Source of the DNA: Actinomycetota bacterium
GTDB taxonomy: Bacteria; Actinomycetota; Actinomycetes; Actinomycetales; Microbacteriaceae
Direction: 5' to 3'
Length of the DNA stretch: 64,000 nt
Assembly (NCBI GenBank): GCA_018268455.1
Contig: JAFDWM010000003.1
Coordinates: forward strand, 8,211-72,210
Of this stretch, positions 51,635 through 61,173 are shown piece by piece. Within the stretch, counting starts at the first letter, position 1. Each line of letters opens with the position of its first letter. A program made the position numbers and the translations under genes. Under the pieces are notes generated by a model that saw only the letters and a program-made list of their open reading frames with translations, made no database searches and was not told the origin of the DNA.

Positions 51635-52093
51635 ATGTCTGAGAGCACCGCCCCGAGCCTGACCACCGAGGAGCGCGCCGCCGTGAAGGAGGCCACGAAG
51701 GAGAGCCGCACGCGCGCCGCGCGCACGAAGATCTCCCCGGCGGAGGCACGCGCCGCCGGCGAAGCCGACGTCCTGGCCAAGATCGCTGAGATGGACGACG
51801 AGGACGGCGCCCTCGCCACGGCGCTGCACCGTCTCGTCGCCGAGAACGCGCCGCACCTCGTCCCGCGCACCTATTACGGCATGCCGGCCTGGGCCAACGA
51901 GGCCGGCAAGGTGGTGTGCTTCTTCAAGCCGAAGGCGAAGTTCAAGGTGCGCTACGCGACCTTCGAGTTCGAGTGGCCCGCACAGCTCGACGACGGTGCG
52001 GTGTGGCCGACGTCGTATGCGGTGACCTCGCTCGGTGCGGCCGAGCTGGCGTTCCTCGGCGAGCGCATCCGCACGGCGGCTCCGGCCGCGTGA
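51635..52093 (+). CDS. DUF1801 (YdhG-like) domain protein
   Basis: 152 aa (...LHRLVAENAPHLVPRTYYGMPAWANEAGKVVCFFKPKAKFKVRYATFEF...). Confidence 0.7.
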   Translation: MSESTAPSLTTEERAAVKEATKESRTRAARTKISPAEARAAGEADVLAKIAEMDDEDGALATALHRLVAENAPHLVPRTYYGMPAWANEAGKVVCFFKPKAKFKVRYATFEFEWPAQLDDGAVWPTSYAVTSLGAAELAFLGERIRTAAPAA

Positions 52094-52138
52094 GTTCGAG
52101 CGGATCCGGTCGCCGGCGTCCCCGGGTGACCGGATCCG

Positions 52139-53002
52139 TCACTCGCCGCGCAGATGCGCGGCGGTGAGCTCGGCCATCTCGTCATCGCTGAGCTCGTCCA
52201 GGCTGCGCGACTCGCGCTTGTCCATCCGGATCCAGCGCATCATCAGGATCACCAGGATCGGCACGTCGACGATCTCGGCGATGAACCACAGGAAGTCGCC
52301 GGAGAGATGCTGGTCGTGCAGGGGGTTCGGGAACCAGCCCGGCATCCCGGGGACGACCCGCGTGACGCCATCGAGCACGCTGTCGTTCAGGCGCAGCAGG
52401 ATCCCGGGGATCGCGTCCAGCAGCAGCTCCACGAACGCGAACAGGAACTCGGCGACGATGAAGAGCCCCGTGCGCAGCACCGTGTGCGCGGCCATCGGAA
52501 GCACCATAAGCAGGCCGAGCACCGGCACCAGCACGCTGGTCAGCCCCTGCGCGACCGGGCTCATCCGCAGGGTCGCGGCGAGCGGGGTGAAGAACACCGC
52601 GAACACCAGGCAGGTGAACACCGGCGCCATGATCGCGTTGCCGAAGAACTTCGCGAGCCATGAGCGCAGGAACCCGTTCACCCGGGCCCGCGGCCGCGCG
52701 GAGAGCACGGCGCGCGCGAGCGATACCGGGCGACCGAGCGTGAGCAGCACCGGCACCACGAACAGCAGCAGCGCGATGCGGGTCGTGAAGGCCCAGCGGA
52801 TCTGCGTGCTCCAGGTGCCGAGGAACCCGAACGACACCCAGGCATAGGATCCGAGCCCTAGCAGCAGGAACATCAGGGTGAGTCGCAACGGCCAGCGGTG
52901 CCCTCGGCGACGCAGCACCAGCACCCCGCCGAGGTACAGCGCGGCGGCCACGATGAGCACCCCCAGAGCCACGGGATCCAGGCTCCAGGTGCTGAGGAAC
53001 AC
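52139..53002 (-). CDS. cytochrome c oxidase assembly protein (caa3 CtaG-like membrane protein)
   Basis: This is the 3' 864 nt of the 877-aa track ORF. An in-frame GTG at 53002 gives VFLSTWSLDPVALGVLIVAAALYLGGVLVLRRRGHRWP..., the typical family N-terminus, with about 7 TM. The upstream part of the track ORF is Arg/Pro-rich and antisense to pepQ. Confidence 0.7.
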   Translation of the reverse strand: MFLSTWSLDPVALGVLIVAAALYLGGVLVLRRRGHRWPLRLTLMFLLLGLGSYAWVSFGFLGTWSTQIRWAFTTRIALLLFVVPVLLTLGRPVSLARAVLSARPRARVNGFLRSWLAKFFGNAIMAPVFTCLVFAVFFTPLAATLRMSPVAQGLTSVLVPVLGLLMVLPMAAHTVLRTGLFIVAEFLFAFVELLLDAIPGILLRLNDSVLDGVTRVVPGMPGWFPNPLHDQHLSGDFLWFIAEIVDVPILVILMMRWIRMDKRESRSLDELSDDEMAELTAAHLRGE

Positions 53003-53350
53003 GGGGATGGGCGGCGTAGCGGCTCCTGTCGGGCGGTGCGGACATCCGGCGTTCGGGCGCCGGGCCGTGCCGACGTTACGCCCGGCCGCTATGGGCCCGG
53101 TGGGATCCGGGTGGCCCGTGGTGTCCGAGTCCGGATCCGGCCGAGTGCGCCAACGGCGCTGTTCCTCGGTCGAGTGCACGAACGGCGCTCTTCCCCGCCA
53201 ATCCAATCGTCTGGGCCGGACGGGCGACGCAGCGGATCCGGCGGACGATTGATGACGGGACCGTGGCGGACGCGACGGTTCATCTCGATCTCGGAATATG
53301 CCTCCCCGGAGCCCTGGCGCGGCCCGGCCGGGCGGACGTAGCGTGGAGGG

Positions 53351-54475
53351 GTGAGCACCCCCTTCCCCGCCTCCGTGTACGCCGCCCGTCTCGATCGCGC
53401 CCGCGCCCTGACCGCCGAGGCCGGGCTCGATGCGATCATCGTCGGTGCCGGGCCCGACCTCACCTATCTCGTGGGCGTCGAGGGCGACACGATCGAGCGG
53501 CTGACCGCGCTCGTGATCCCGGCCGAAGGCGCGCCGACCATGGTGGTGCCGCGCATGGAGCTCGCGAAGGTGCGCGACACCGCGGTCGGCTCGCTGGGTC
53601 TGGCGGTATCGGACTGGGTCGACGGCGAGGATCCGTACGCCCTCGTGACCGCGGCGACCGGATCCGTCTCCCGCTTCGGGGTCTCCGATGCGCTGCCGGC
53701 GCTGCACGTGGTCCCGCTGACCGAGCGCCTGGGCGCACGGCCCGAGCTCGCGACGCCCGTGCTGCGCGAGAGCCGCATGATCAAGGATGCCGCGGAGATC
53801 GCCGAACTGCGCCGCGCCGGTGACGCGATCGACGCCGTGCATCGCCGCGTGCCCGGGCTGCTGCGCGCCGGCCGCACTGAGCGCGAGGTCGCCGCCGACA
53901 TCGCGACCGCGATCATCGAGGAGGGGCACCGCACGGTCGAGTTCGTGATCGTGGCGTCCGGGCCCAACGGCGCGGACCCGCATCATGAGGTGTCGGATCG
54001 CGTGATCGAGCGCGGCGACATCGTGGTGGTCGACATCGGCGGCGCGGTGCCGAGCGGCTACAACTCCGACAGCACCCGCACCTATGCGGTGGGCGAGCCC
54101 GATCCCGAGGCCGCACGCCGCATCGCGGTGCTCGTACGCGCCCAGCAGGCCGCGGTCGACGCGGTGCGCCCCGGCGTGACCGCGGAGCAGGTCGACGCCG
54201 CCGCCCGCGACGTGCTCGCCGCGGAGGGCCTGGCCGAGGCGTTCCTGCACCGCACCGGCCACGGCATCGGCGTGACCACGCACGAGGAGCCGTACATCGC
54301 GCCCGGCAACGACCTCCCGCTGCGCGAGGGCATGGCGTTCAGCATCGAACCGGGCATCTACTTCCCCGGATCCTGGGGCGCCCGCATCGAGGACATCGTC
54401 GTCGTCACCGCCGACGGCTGCGTGAACCTCGACACCACCCCGCACGAGCTGACGGTGGTGGCGGCCGCGGACTGA
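53351..54475 (+). CDS. M24 family metallopeptidase (Xaa-Pro dipeptidase/aminopeptidase P-like)
   Basis: The pita-bread metal-ligand pattern (DIGG...D...HRTGHGIG...E..PG...EDIVVV) was read directly; 374 aa. Confidence 0.9.
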   Translation: MSTPFPASVYAARLDRARALTAEAGLDAIIVGAGPDLTYLVGVEGDTIERLTALVIPAEGAPTMVVPRMELAKVRDTAVGSLGLAVSDWVDGEDPYALVTAATGSVSRFGVSDALPALHVVPLTERLGARPELATPVLRESRMIKDAAEIAELRRAGDAIDAVHRRVPGLLRAGRTEREVAADIATAIIEEGHRTVEFVIVASGPNGADPHHEVSDRVIERGDIVVVDIGGAVPSGYNSDSTRTYAVGEPDPEAARRIAVLVRAQQAAVDAVRPGVTAEQVDAAARDVLAAEGLAEAFLHRTGHGIGVTTHEEPYIAPGNDLPLREGMAFSIEPGIYFPGSWGARIEDIVVVTADGCVNLDTTPHELTVVAAAD

Positions 54476-54515
54476 GCCGGCCGCCGTCGGAGCTCCCTCT
54501 CCACGCTCACCGCGA

Positions 54516-54596
54516 CCCAACTTCGGAGCGCGGATCCGACACGCCGTGCCGTGTGTCCATCCGCACGGCGTGTCGCCGCTCTGCTCCGAAGTTGGG
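54516..54596. repeat. 81-nt double-palindrome intergenic element (CCCAACTTCGGAG...GACACGCCGTGC...GCACGGCGTGTC...CTCCGAAGTTGGG)
   Basis: Outer 13-bp and inner 12-bp perfect inverted repeats, lying between convergent genes. A second copy is at 61174..61253. Confidence 0.8.
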
Positions 54597-54662
54597 CGCG
54601 CGGATCCGCCCGCACGGGCCCGCTGGAAGTCCGCAGGGGCGGATCCGGTGGGGGAGACCGCC

Positions 54663-55520
54663 TCAGTGCGTGCGGTCGAGGGCCTCGGGGATGTCGACGC
54701 GCCACGACGACGGCGCCTCCGACGCGGGGGCTGCGGGGAGCACGCCCTCGCCGTCGGGGTGCGGGATCGCATCCAGCAGCGCCTCCGTGTACGGATGCAC
54801 CGGGTTCGCCCACACCACCGGCGTCGCGCCCGACTCGACGATCCTGCCGCGGTACATCACGGCGACGCGGTCGGCCATCAGCCGCACCACGGAGAGGTCG
54901 TGCGAGATGAACAGCATCGCCGCGCCCGACGCCACGCACAGCTCACGCATCATGGCGGCGACCGAGGCCTGCGCCGACGCATCCAGCGCCGAGATCGGCT
55001 CGTCGGCGACGATGAGGTCGGGCTTCGCGGCGAGCGCCCTGGCGATCGCGACGCGCTGACGCTGCCCGCCGGAGAGCTGGTACGGGTAGCGGTTCTCCAG
55101 CGCCGGGGCGAGGCCGACCGCCTTCAGCCAGTGCGCAGGATCCTCGCTGTCGACGCCGCGGGCGCGAGCCGCGCGGGACCCCTCCGCGATCTGCTGCGCC
55201 ACGCGGATCCGCGGGTTCAGCGAGGAGTTCGGATCCTGGAAGACCATCTGGATCGCCGTGAGCTCCTTCGGCCGTGTGCGCAGGCCGAGCGGCTGCACCG
55301 GCCGGTCGCGGTACAGCACGGTGCCGGCCGCGGGCTTCTCCATGCCGATCACGGCGCGTGCCGTGGACGACTTGCCGCAGCCGCTCTCGCCGACCAGGGC
55401 GAGCACTTCGCCCGCGCCGATGTCGAAGCTGACGCCGTCGACGGCGCGGAACGACGTGCGCCCGCCGTACTCGACGGCCAGCGAGTCCACGTGCAGGACG
55501 GGCGCGCTCGACGCGGTCAT
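54663..55520 (-). CDS. peptide ABC transporter ATP-binding protein (DppF/OppF-like)
   Basis: Walker A GESGCGKSS, signature LSGGQRQRVAIARAL, Walker B LIVADEP; 285 aa. Confidence 0.9.
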   Translation of the reverse strand: MTASSAPVLHVDSLAVEYGGRTSFRAVDGVSFDIGAGEVLALVGESGCGKSSTARAVIGMEKPAAGTVLYRDRPVQPLGLRTRPKELTAIQMVFQDPNSSLNPRIRVAQQIAEGSRAARARGVDSEDPAHWLKAVGLAPALENRYPYQLSGGQRQRVAIARALAAKPDLIVADEPISALDASAQASVAAMMRELCVASGAAMLFISHDLSVVRLMADRVAVMYRGRIVESGATPVVWANPVHPYTEALLDAIPHPDGEGVLPAAPASEAPSSWRVDIPEALDRTH

Positions 55521-56386
55521 GACAGCTCCCCCTCGGTCGTGTCGGCAGACGGATCCTCGCCGCCGCCGCTCGTCGCCGGTTCGTCGACGAGCGAGTCCTG
55601 CGCGTCGGGCATCGCATCGAGCAGCTCCCGCGTGTACGGGTGCTGCGGATCCTGGAAGATCTGCTGCCGGGACCCCGCCTCGACGATGAGACCTCCGCGC
55701 ATCACGGCGACCTCGTCGGCGATGGCGCTCATCACGCCCAGGTCGTGCGTGACGAGCAGCACGGCGAGGTCGCGCTCGGTGGCAAGGTCGCGCAGCAGAT
55801 GCAGGATCCCCGCCTGCACGGTCACGTCGAGCGCGGTCGTCGGCTCATCGGCGAGCAGCACCTCGGGCTCGCAGGCCAGGGCGATCGCGATCGCGATGCG
55901 CTGCCGCTGCCCGCCGGAGAACTGGTGCGGGTACTTCTGCAGCGCCTCCTCCGGGTTCGGCACGCGCACCAGCGCGAGCAGCTCTGCCGCCCGCTTCCGG
56001 GCGTCGGCACGTGACAGCTTCAGATGCGTGCGGATCCCATCGGCGAGCTGCGATCCGACGGTGATCTGCGGGTGCAGGCTGGCCGACGGATCCTGGAACA
56101 CCATCCCGATGCGCTTGCCGCGCACGTGCCGGTAGGCCTTGCCGGTCATGCCGACCAGCTCGGTGTCACCGCCGAGGATGACGGATCCGGACGCCGTGCC
56201 GCCGGCCGGCAGCAGGCCGAGGATCGCCATCGCGGTCATGCTCTTGCCGGATCCGGATTCTCCCGCGAGACCCTGGATGCGGCCGGGCACGAGATCGAGC
56301 GAGATGCCCTTGACCACCTCGGTGCGGTTGCGCTTGCCCTGCCCGAGCTCGACGCGCAGGTCGCGGATCGCCAGTGCGGCGCTCAC
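55517..56386 (-). CDS. peptide ABC transporter ATP-binding protein (DppD/OppD-like)
   Basis: An in-frame GTG at 56386 overlaps the permease stop. Walker A GESGSGKSM, signature FSGGQRQRIAIAIAL, Walker B LLADEPTTALD; 289 aa. Confidence 0.9.
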   Translation of the reverse strand: MSAALAIRDLRVELGQGKRNRTEVVKGISLDLVPGRIQGLAGESGSGKSMTAMAILGLLPAGGTASGSVILGGDTELVGMTGKAYRHVRGKRIGMVFQDPSASLHPQITVGSQLADGIRTHLKLSRADARKRAAELLALVRVPNPEEALQKYPHQFSGGQRQRIAIAIALACEPEVLLADEPTTALDVTVQAGILHLLRDLATERDLAVLLVTHDLGVMSAIADEVAVMRGGLIVEAGSRQQIFQDPQHPYTRELLDAMPDAQDSLVDEPATSGGGEDPSADTTEGELS

Positions 56387-57309
56387 TCGGCCACCTCCCC
56401 GGTCGCAGCGGCGGCGGAGACCGCGGTGGGCGCCTCCGCCTCGCGCTCGCGCGCGGCGAGCGGGTCGAGGGCGTCGCGTAGCGAGTCGCCGATGAAGTTG
56501 AACGCCATCACGATGCTGAGGATCGCGAGGCCCGGGAAAAGGCCCAGCCACCAGGCGGAGGTGTTCTGCATGGCGGCGGCGATCATCGTGCCCCATTCCG
56601 GCGTCGGCGGCTGTGCGCCGAGGCCGAGGAACGACAGGCCGGACAGCAGCAGGATCGCGGTGCCGATGTCGAGCGAGGCCAGCACCAGCACGGGCCCGGC
56701 GATGTTCGGCAGCACGTCGCGCAGCAGCGAGCGCACCGGGGAGGATCCGAGCAGCCGGCCGGCGATCACGTAGTTCTGCGTGCGCAGGCCCAGCACCAGC
56801 GACCGGGTGATGCGGGCGTAGGGGGGCCAGGCCACGATGATTCCCGCGATCACGGCGTTCATGATCGAGGGGCCGAGCGAGGCGGCGATGACCATGGCCA
56901 GGATCACGGTCGGGAACGCCATCACCATGTCGGTGATGCGCATGAGAACCTCGTCGACCCAGCCGCCGAGGTAGCCCGCGACCGCGCCGATGATCGTGCC
57001 GATGATCATGGCGCACACCACGAGCATGAGCGCCAGCGGGATCGTGGTCTGCGCGCCCAGCAGCAGCCGGGAGAACACGTCGCGACCGTTCACGTCGGTG
57101 CCCATGATCGCCTCGCCGCTCGGCGCGGCCAGGCGCGGCAGGTCCTGCGCGAGGGGGTCGTGCGGTGCGATCCAGGGCGCGAGGATCGCGACCACGATCC
57201 AGACCAGGGCGATGAGCGTGCCCACGATCGCCAGCGGGGTGCGCCAGGCGCGGGGCAGCAGCGGCCGGCGGCGCTTGGGCGCCAGCTTCTCCGGGACGAT
57301 GAGATTCAC
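56383..57309 (-). CDS. peptide ABC transporter permease (DppC/OppC-like)
   Basis: A GTG at 57309 overlaps the upstream stop. It has 6 TM segments and a BPD-transporter EAA-like loop; 308 aa. Confidence 0.9.
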   Translation of the reverse strand: MNLIVPEKLAPKRRRPLLPRAWRTPLAIVGTLIALVWIVVAILAPWIAPHDPLAQDLPRLAAPSGEAIMGTDVNGRDVFSRLLLGAQTTIPLALMLVVCAMIIGTIIGAVAGYLGGWVDEVLMRITDMVMAFPTVILAMVIAASLGPSIMNAVIAGIIVAWPPYARITRSLVLGLRTQNYVIAGRLLGSSPVRSLLRDVLPNIAGPVLVLASLDIGTAILLLSGLSFLGLGAQPPTPEWGTMIAAAMQNTSAWWLGLFPGLAILSIVMAFNFIGDSLRDALDPLAAREREAEAPTAVSAAAATGEVAE

Positions 57310-58373
57310 GACAGCCTCACTCGCGGGTCCAGGACGCCGTAGAGCACGTCGACGACGAGGTTGATGACGAGGTAGATCACGCCGACCACCAGGCCGACGC
57401 CGGTCACGGCCAGCAGATCGAGGTTCTTCGACGCGTTGTAGGCGTAGGTGCCCAGGCCCGGCCACGCGAACACGGCCTCGACCAGCACGGTGCCGGAGAG
57501 CAGACTGCCGAACGCGATGCCGACGAGGGTGAGGATGGGCAGCGCCGCCCCGCGCAGCACGTAGCCGACGACGACCCGGCGTCCGCTCAGACCCTTGGCC
57601 CGCGCCGCCCGGGCGTAGTCCATGTCGAGCACCTCGAGCACCGAGGTGCGCACGAAGCGGGTGAGGGTCGCGATCGTGAACAGGCTCAGCACGAGCACCG
57701 GCAGGGCCAGGTGGCTGGTCGCGTCGAAGAAGCCGACCGAGTCGCCGTTGAGCAGGTAGTCGATCGTGTAGAACCCGGTGATGCGGGGCGGGGGAGTGAT
57801 CGTCGGGGAGATCCGCCCAGATCCGCTCACCCAGTGCAGGTTCATGAAGAACAACTGGTAGCAGAGGATCGCCATCCAGAACGTCGGAATGCTGAGCCCG
57901 ATCAGGGTGACCACGCGCACCACCTGGTCGGTGGCCTTGCCTCGGCGGTAGGCGGCGAGCGTGCCGAGCACGATCGCGACGGCGAGGCTGACGATGATGG
58001 CGTAGAACGCGATCTCACCCGTCGCGGGGACCGCCTTCGCGAGATCGTCGGAGATCGGGCGCCCCGTGGTCATCGAGGTGCCGAAGTCGCCGCGCAGCAG
58101 GTTGCCGACGTAGAGGAAGAACCGGATCCACACCGGCTGGTCGAGTCCGTACTTCTCGCGGAAGGCGGCGACCGTGGCCGGGTTCGACGAGGCGCCCTCA
58201 CCGAGGGCTGCGCGCACCGGGTCGCCGGGCACGATCACGGTGAGGGAGAAGGTGACCAGCACGATCCCGAACAGCAGGATCACGCTCGTCACGGCCCTGC
58301 GGGCGAGGAAGCGCAGCAGCGTGTGCTGCGCCTGCCGCGTCCTGCGGGTGGCGATGGCTTGGGTCTCGGACAC
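57306..58373 (-). CDS. peptide ABC transporter permease (DppB/OppB-like)
   Basis: GTG at 58373 (VSETQAIATRR...). LLRFLARRAVTSVILLFGIVLVTFSL is the typical family N-terminus; 355 aa. Confidence 0.9.
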   Translation of the reverse strand: MSETQAIATRRTRQAQHTLLRFLARRAVTSVILLFGIVLVTFSLTVIVPGDPVRAALGEGASSNPATVAAFREKYGLDQPVWIRFFLYVGNLLRGDFGTSMTTGRPISDDLAKAVPATGEIAFYAIIVSLAVAIVLGTLAAYRRGKATDQVVRVVTLIGLSIPTFWMAILCYQLFFMNLHWVSGSGRISPTITPPPRITGFYTIDYLLNGDSVGFFDATSHLALPVLVLSLFTIATLTRFVRTSVLEVLDMDYARAARAKGLSGRRVVVGYVLRGAALPILTLVGIAFGSLLSGTVLVEAVFAWPGLGTYAYNASKNLDLLAVTGVGLVVGVIYLVINLVVDVLYGVLDPRVRLS

Positions 58374-58447
58374 AGGGCGCTTCCGGCTCGTCGGGAGAGG
58401 GAATGGTGCTGCGGGGCCGGATCCGCGTGGATCCGGCCCCGCAGGGC

Positions 58448-60043
58448 TCACTTCGCGGGGTGCAGTGTGCGAAGGTCGAGGGTCCAGGTCACGTTGTACT
58501 CAAGACCGGCGACCTTGTCCGAGCTGGCGAGGTTGATGCCCGGCACGATCAGCGGCACGAACGGGCCGGACTCCTGCATCGCCTTCGCGTAGTCGCTGAA
58601 CGCGGTGTTGCGGGCGTCGACCGTCGTGGCGTTCTGCGCCTTGGTCACCAGATCGGCGATGGCGGGGTCGGCCTCGGCCGTCCAGCCGGCGCGCAGGCCC
58701 ACCTTCTGGCCCGGGCCGAACGGCAGGAACGAGGAGGTGTCGGCGTAGTCCGGGCCCCAGTACCAGAGCGAGAACGCCTCCTGCGCCTTGACGTACGGCT
58801 GCACCTCGGTCGCGAACGGCGCGGGGGCCAGGCTCGCGTTGATGCCCGCGGCCTTGAGCTGCTCCTGCACGCGCTCGGCGACGGGGGTGAACTCGACGCC
58901 GCCGACCGGGTTGTCGTTCGGGAACTGCAGCTTGATGGCCTCGCCGTTGTAGCCCGACGCGGCCAGCGCCTCCTTGGCCTTGGCGAGATCCTGCTTCACA
59001 CCGGTCTTGTTCGCACCGGGGAACATCGGCGGGATGACGCCGGTCGCCTGCTCGGATCCGGCACCGGCGAGCTCGAGGAGCTTCGGGTAGTCGAGCGCGT
59101 AGCGCACGGCCTCGGCGAACTTCGGGCTCGCGGTGACGCCGCCCACGTTCTTGTCCTGGTTGATCAGCAGGAACAGGGTCTCGGCCGACGGGGCCGAGTT
59201 CACCGTGAAGCCGTCGCCGAGGTTCTTCACCTGGTCGCCGGAGAGGTCGACCGCCACGTTGGAGTCGCCGCCCTTGAGGTTGGTCAGCTGGGTGGACGAC
59301 TGCGAGATGTTGCGCACGACGATCTTGTCGTAGGCGGGCTTGTCGGTGCCGTCGTACTTGTCGTTCTTCACCAGCACCACCTGGGTGGTGAGATCGAGCG
59401 ACTGCAGCTTGTACGGGCCGGAACCCGCGGAGTTCGCGTCGAGCCAGCTCTTCGCGGCGTCCTTCTCGTCGGTCGTGCCGCCGTTCTTCTCGACGAGCTT
59501 CGAGTTGAGGATCGCGAGCGACGGGTTGGTGACGATCGCCGGCAGCTGCAGCGACGGGGTCTTCGTGCTCAGCGTGACGGTCTTGTCGTCGACCTTGGCG
59601 ACCGTGATCCCGGTCATCAGGAAGTTCGCCTTGGAGTCGGTGATGCCGGCGACGCGGTCGAGCGAGAACACGACGTCATCCGCGGTGACGGGAGTGCCGT
59701 CGGAGAACGTGCGGCCGTCCTGGATCGTGAAGGTGAACTCGGTCGCGTCGGCGTTCTGCTTCATGGTCGCGAGATCGGGCTTCGGGGTGCTCGAGTCGGA
59801 GCCCTGGAAGGTGAGCAGCGTGTCGTACACGGCGTGCAGCACCATGTTGCCGGTCGGCACGTAGTTGCGGCCCGGGTCGCCGGTCTCGAGCGAGAACGCG
59901 GTGTCGACCACGAGCGTGCCACCGGTGGAACCGGATCCGGAGCTGTTCGAGTTGTTCGCGGAGTTGCCGCCGGAGCAGCCCGCGAGGGCGATGGCGGCGA
60001 CGGCGATGAGCGCAGCGGCCGCGTGGCGGTAGGAACGTGCCAC
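58448..60043 (-). CDS. ABC transporter substrate-binding lipoprotein, family 5 (peptide/nickel)
   Basis: Signal peptide with lipobox LAGCSGG; 531 aa; first gene of the operon. Confidence 0.9.
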   Translation of the reverse strand: MARSYRHAAAALIAVAAIALAGCSGGNSANNSNSSGSGSTGGTLVVDTAFSLETGDPGRNYVPTGNMVLHAVYDTLLTFQGSDSSTPKPDLATMKQNADATEFTFTIQDGRTFSDGTPVTADDVVFSLDRVAGITDSKANFLMTGITVAKVDDKTVTLSTKTPSLQLPAIVTNPSLAILNSKLVEKNGGTTDEKDAAKSWLDANSAGSGPYKLQSLDLTTQVVLVKNDKYDGTDKPAYDKIVVRNISQSSTQLTNLKGGDSNVAVDLSGDQVKNLGDGFTVNSAPSAETLFLLINQDKNVGGVTASPKFAEAVRYALDYPKLLELAGAGSEQATGVIPPMFPGANKTGVKQDLAKAKEALAASGYNGEAIKLQFPNDNPVGGVEFTPVAERVQEQLKAAGINASLAPAPFATEVQPYVKAQEAFSLWYWGPDYADTSSFLPFGPGQKVGLRAGWTAEADPAIADLVTKAQNATTVDARNTAFSDYAKAMQESGPFVPLIVPGINLASSDKVAGLEYNVTWTLDLRTLHPAK

Positions 60044-60123
60044 GACTTCCTCCTCATTGAGAGAACTGGACGGGTCAGAAGACCTGATCGGGTTTTGCTG
60101 GCACTCTATCCGAGAGATGGGTC

Positions 60124-60139
60124 CGATTTCGATAAATCG
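60124..60139. promoter_or_regulatory. AT-rich inverted repeat CGATTTCGATAAATCG in the divergent Lrp / ABC-operon spacer
   Basis: Read directly. The arms are CGATTT/AAATCG, and it lies 29 nt upstream of the Lrp ATG. Confidence 0.3.
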
Positions 60140-60167
60140 ATTGTCACGCTTCCGTCACTACGGCAAT

Positions 60168-60752
60168 ATGTCCAGCATGACTGAGGAACCGCGGCCGGTC
60201 TCTGGACGATCCGCACCCGTGCTCGACCAAATCGCGTACGACATCCTTCGCGCGCTGCGCCGCAACGGCCGGATCTCCATCGCCGCACTCGCGCAGGAGG
60301 TGGGGATCTCCCGGGCGAGTGCCTACTCGCGGGTGGAGTCACTCAGCCGCGCCGGCATCATCACCGGGTACACCGCCGAGGTCGACACGACAGGGCTCGG
60401 GCTGGGAGTCAGCGCCCTCGTGTTCTGCACCGTGCAGCCGCAGTCCTGGACGGCGTTCCTGCATGCGATCGGGGAGATGCCCGATGTCGAGTCCGCACGC
60501 GTGATGACGGGCGAGCACGACGTCATGCTGATCGTGCGCAGCACCGACATGGAGTCGATGCAGTCGCTGGTGATCGGCGCGATCGCGAACATGCCCGAGG
60601 TCACCAAGGTCGAGACGGCGATCGTGATGGGTGAGGTGTTCCGGCGCCCGTTCGTGCTCCCCGACGAGATCCCGCACCGGGATCCGATCGGCGTTGACAG
60701 CGGCCTGATGCGGTTCACCCGCACCGATCAGAGCCGCAGCACCCGGGTCTGA
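60168..60752 (+). CDS. Lrp/AsnC family transcriptional regulator
   Basis: LDQIAYDILRALRRNGRISIAALAQEVGISRASAYSRVESLSRAGIITGY followed by an RAM/ASNC domain. ATG at 60168 (or 60177). Confidence 0.85.
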   Translation: MSSMTEEPRPVSGRSAPVLDQIAYDILRALRRNGRISIAALAQEVGISRASAYSRVESLSRAGIITGYTAEVDTTGLGLGVSALVFCTVQPQSWTAFLHAIGEMPDVESARVMTGEHDVMLIVRSTDMESMQSLVIGAIANMPEVTKVETAIVMGEVFRRPFVLPDEIPHRDPIGVDSGLMRFTRTDQSRSTRV

Positions 60753-60777
60753 TCGTCGGCGAGCAGTCAGCCTGGTT

Positions 60778-60811
60778 CGCGCTCAGACCTGCAGCGCGCT
60801 CAGACCTGCAG
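60778..60811. repeat. perfect tandem duplication of a 17-bp unit (CGCGCTCAGACCTGCAG x2)
   Basis: Read directly. It straddles the stop codon of the minus-strand gene 60800..61141. Confidence 0.85.
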
Positions 60812-61141
60812 GCAGACGCTGACGTGATCCACGCCGTCGACGGCGAAGTCCTCGACGAGCCGGATCCGCCCGTCGTCCGCACGCTCCGCCCGGCTGGTGG
60901 CGTCGCCGCGCACGATCGCGCCATCCTCGACCAGCGCATGGGCGAACGAGATCCGCACCTCGGCGTCGAACACCTCGCCCACGAAACGACCCTCGGTCAC
61001 GGTGTCACCGGTGTACTCGCCCCAGACCAGGCGCCCGTCCTGGTGGTAGTCGAAGGTCGTCGGCGCGATCGGGTCGACCTCGCTCGCGGTCGAGGACACC
61101 ATGGCGAAGCGCAGCCCGTCGAGGGCGAGGGGGGAAGGCAT
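60800..61141 (-). CDS. hypothetical protein (113 aa)
   Basis: Coding-like, non-repetitive sequence (FDYHQDGRLVWGEYTGDTVTEGRFVGEVFD...). No family was confidently recognised. Confidence 0.55.
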   Translation of the reverse strand: MPSPLALDGLRFAMVSSTASEVDPIAPTTFDYHQDGRLVWGEYTGDTVTEGRFVGEVFDAEVRISFAHALVEDGAIVRGDATSRAERADDGRIRLVEDFAVDGVDHVSVCLQV

Positions 61142-61173
61142 GACGACGAGTATGGACCCGCGAGCCGGATCCG

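Noticed and set aside
53003-53350. Unusually long (348 bp) GC-rich spacer upstream of the M24 peptidase gene, considered for a riboswitch or small gene
   Set aside because: I found no convincing ORF, since all frames are Arg/Gly/Pro-rich, and could not recognise a conserved riboswitch core or a strong hairpin by eye. I left it unannotated.
53003-54772. Upstream part of the 877-aa minus-strand ORF 52139..54772
   Set aside because: It is antisense to the well-supported M24 peptidase gene and crosses a 350-bp intergenic region. It is Arg/Gly/His-rich. Only the CtaG-like 3' part (52139..53002) looks genuine.
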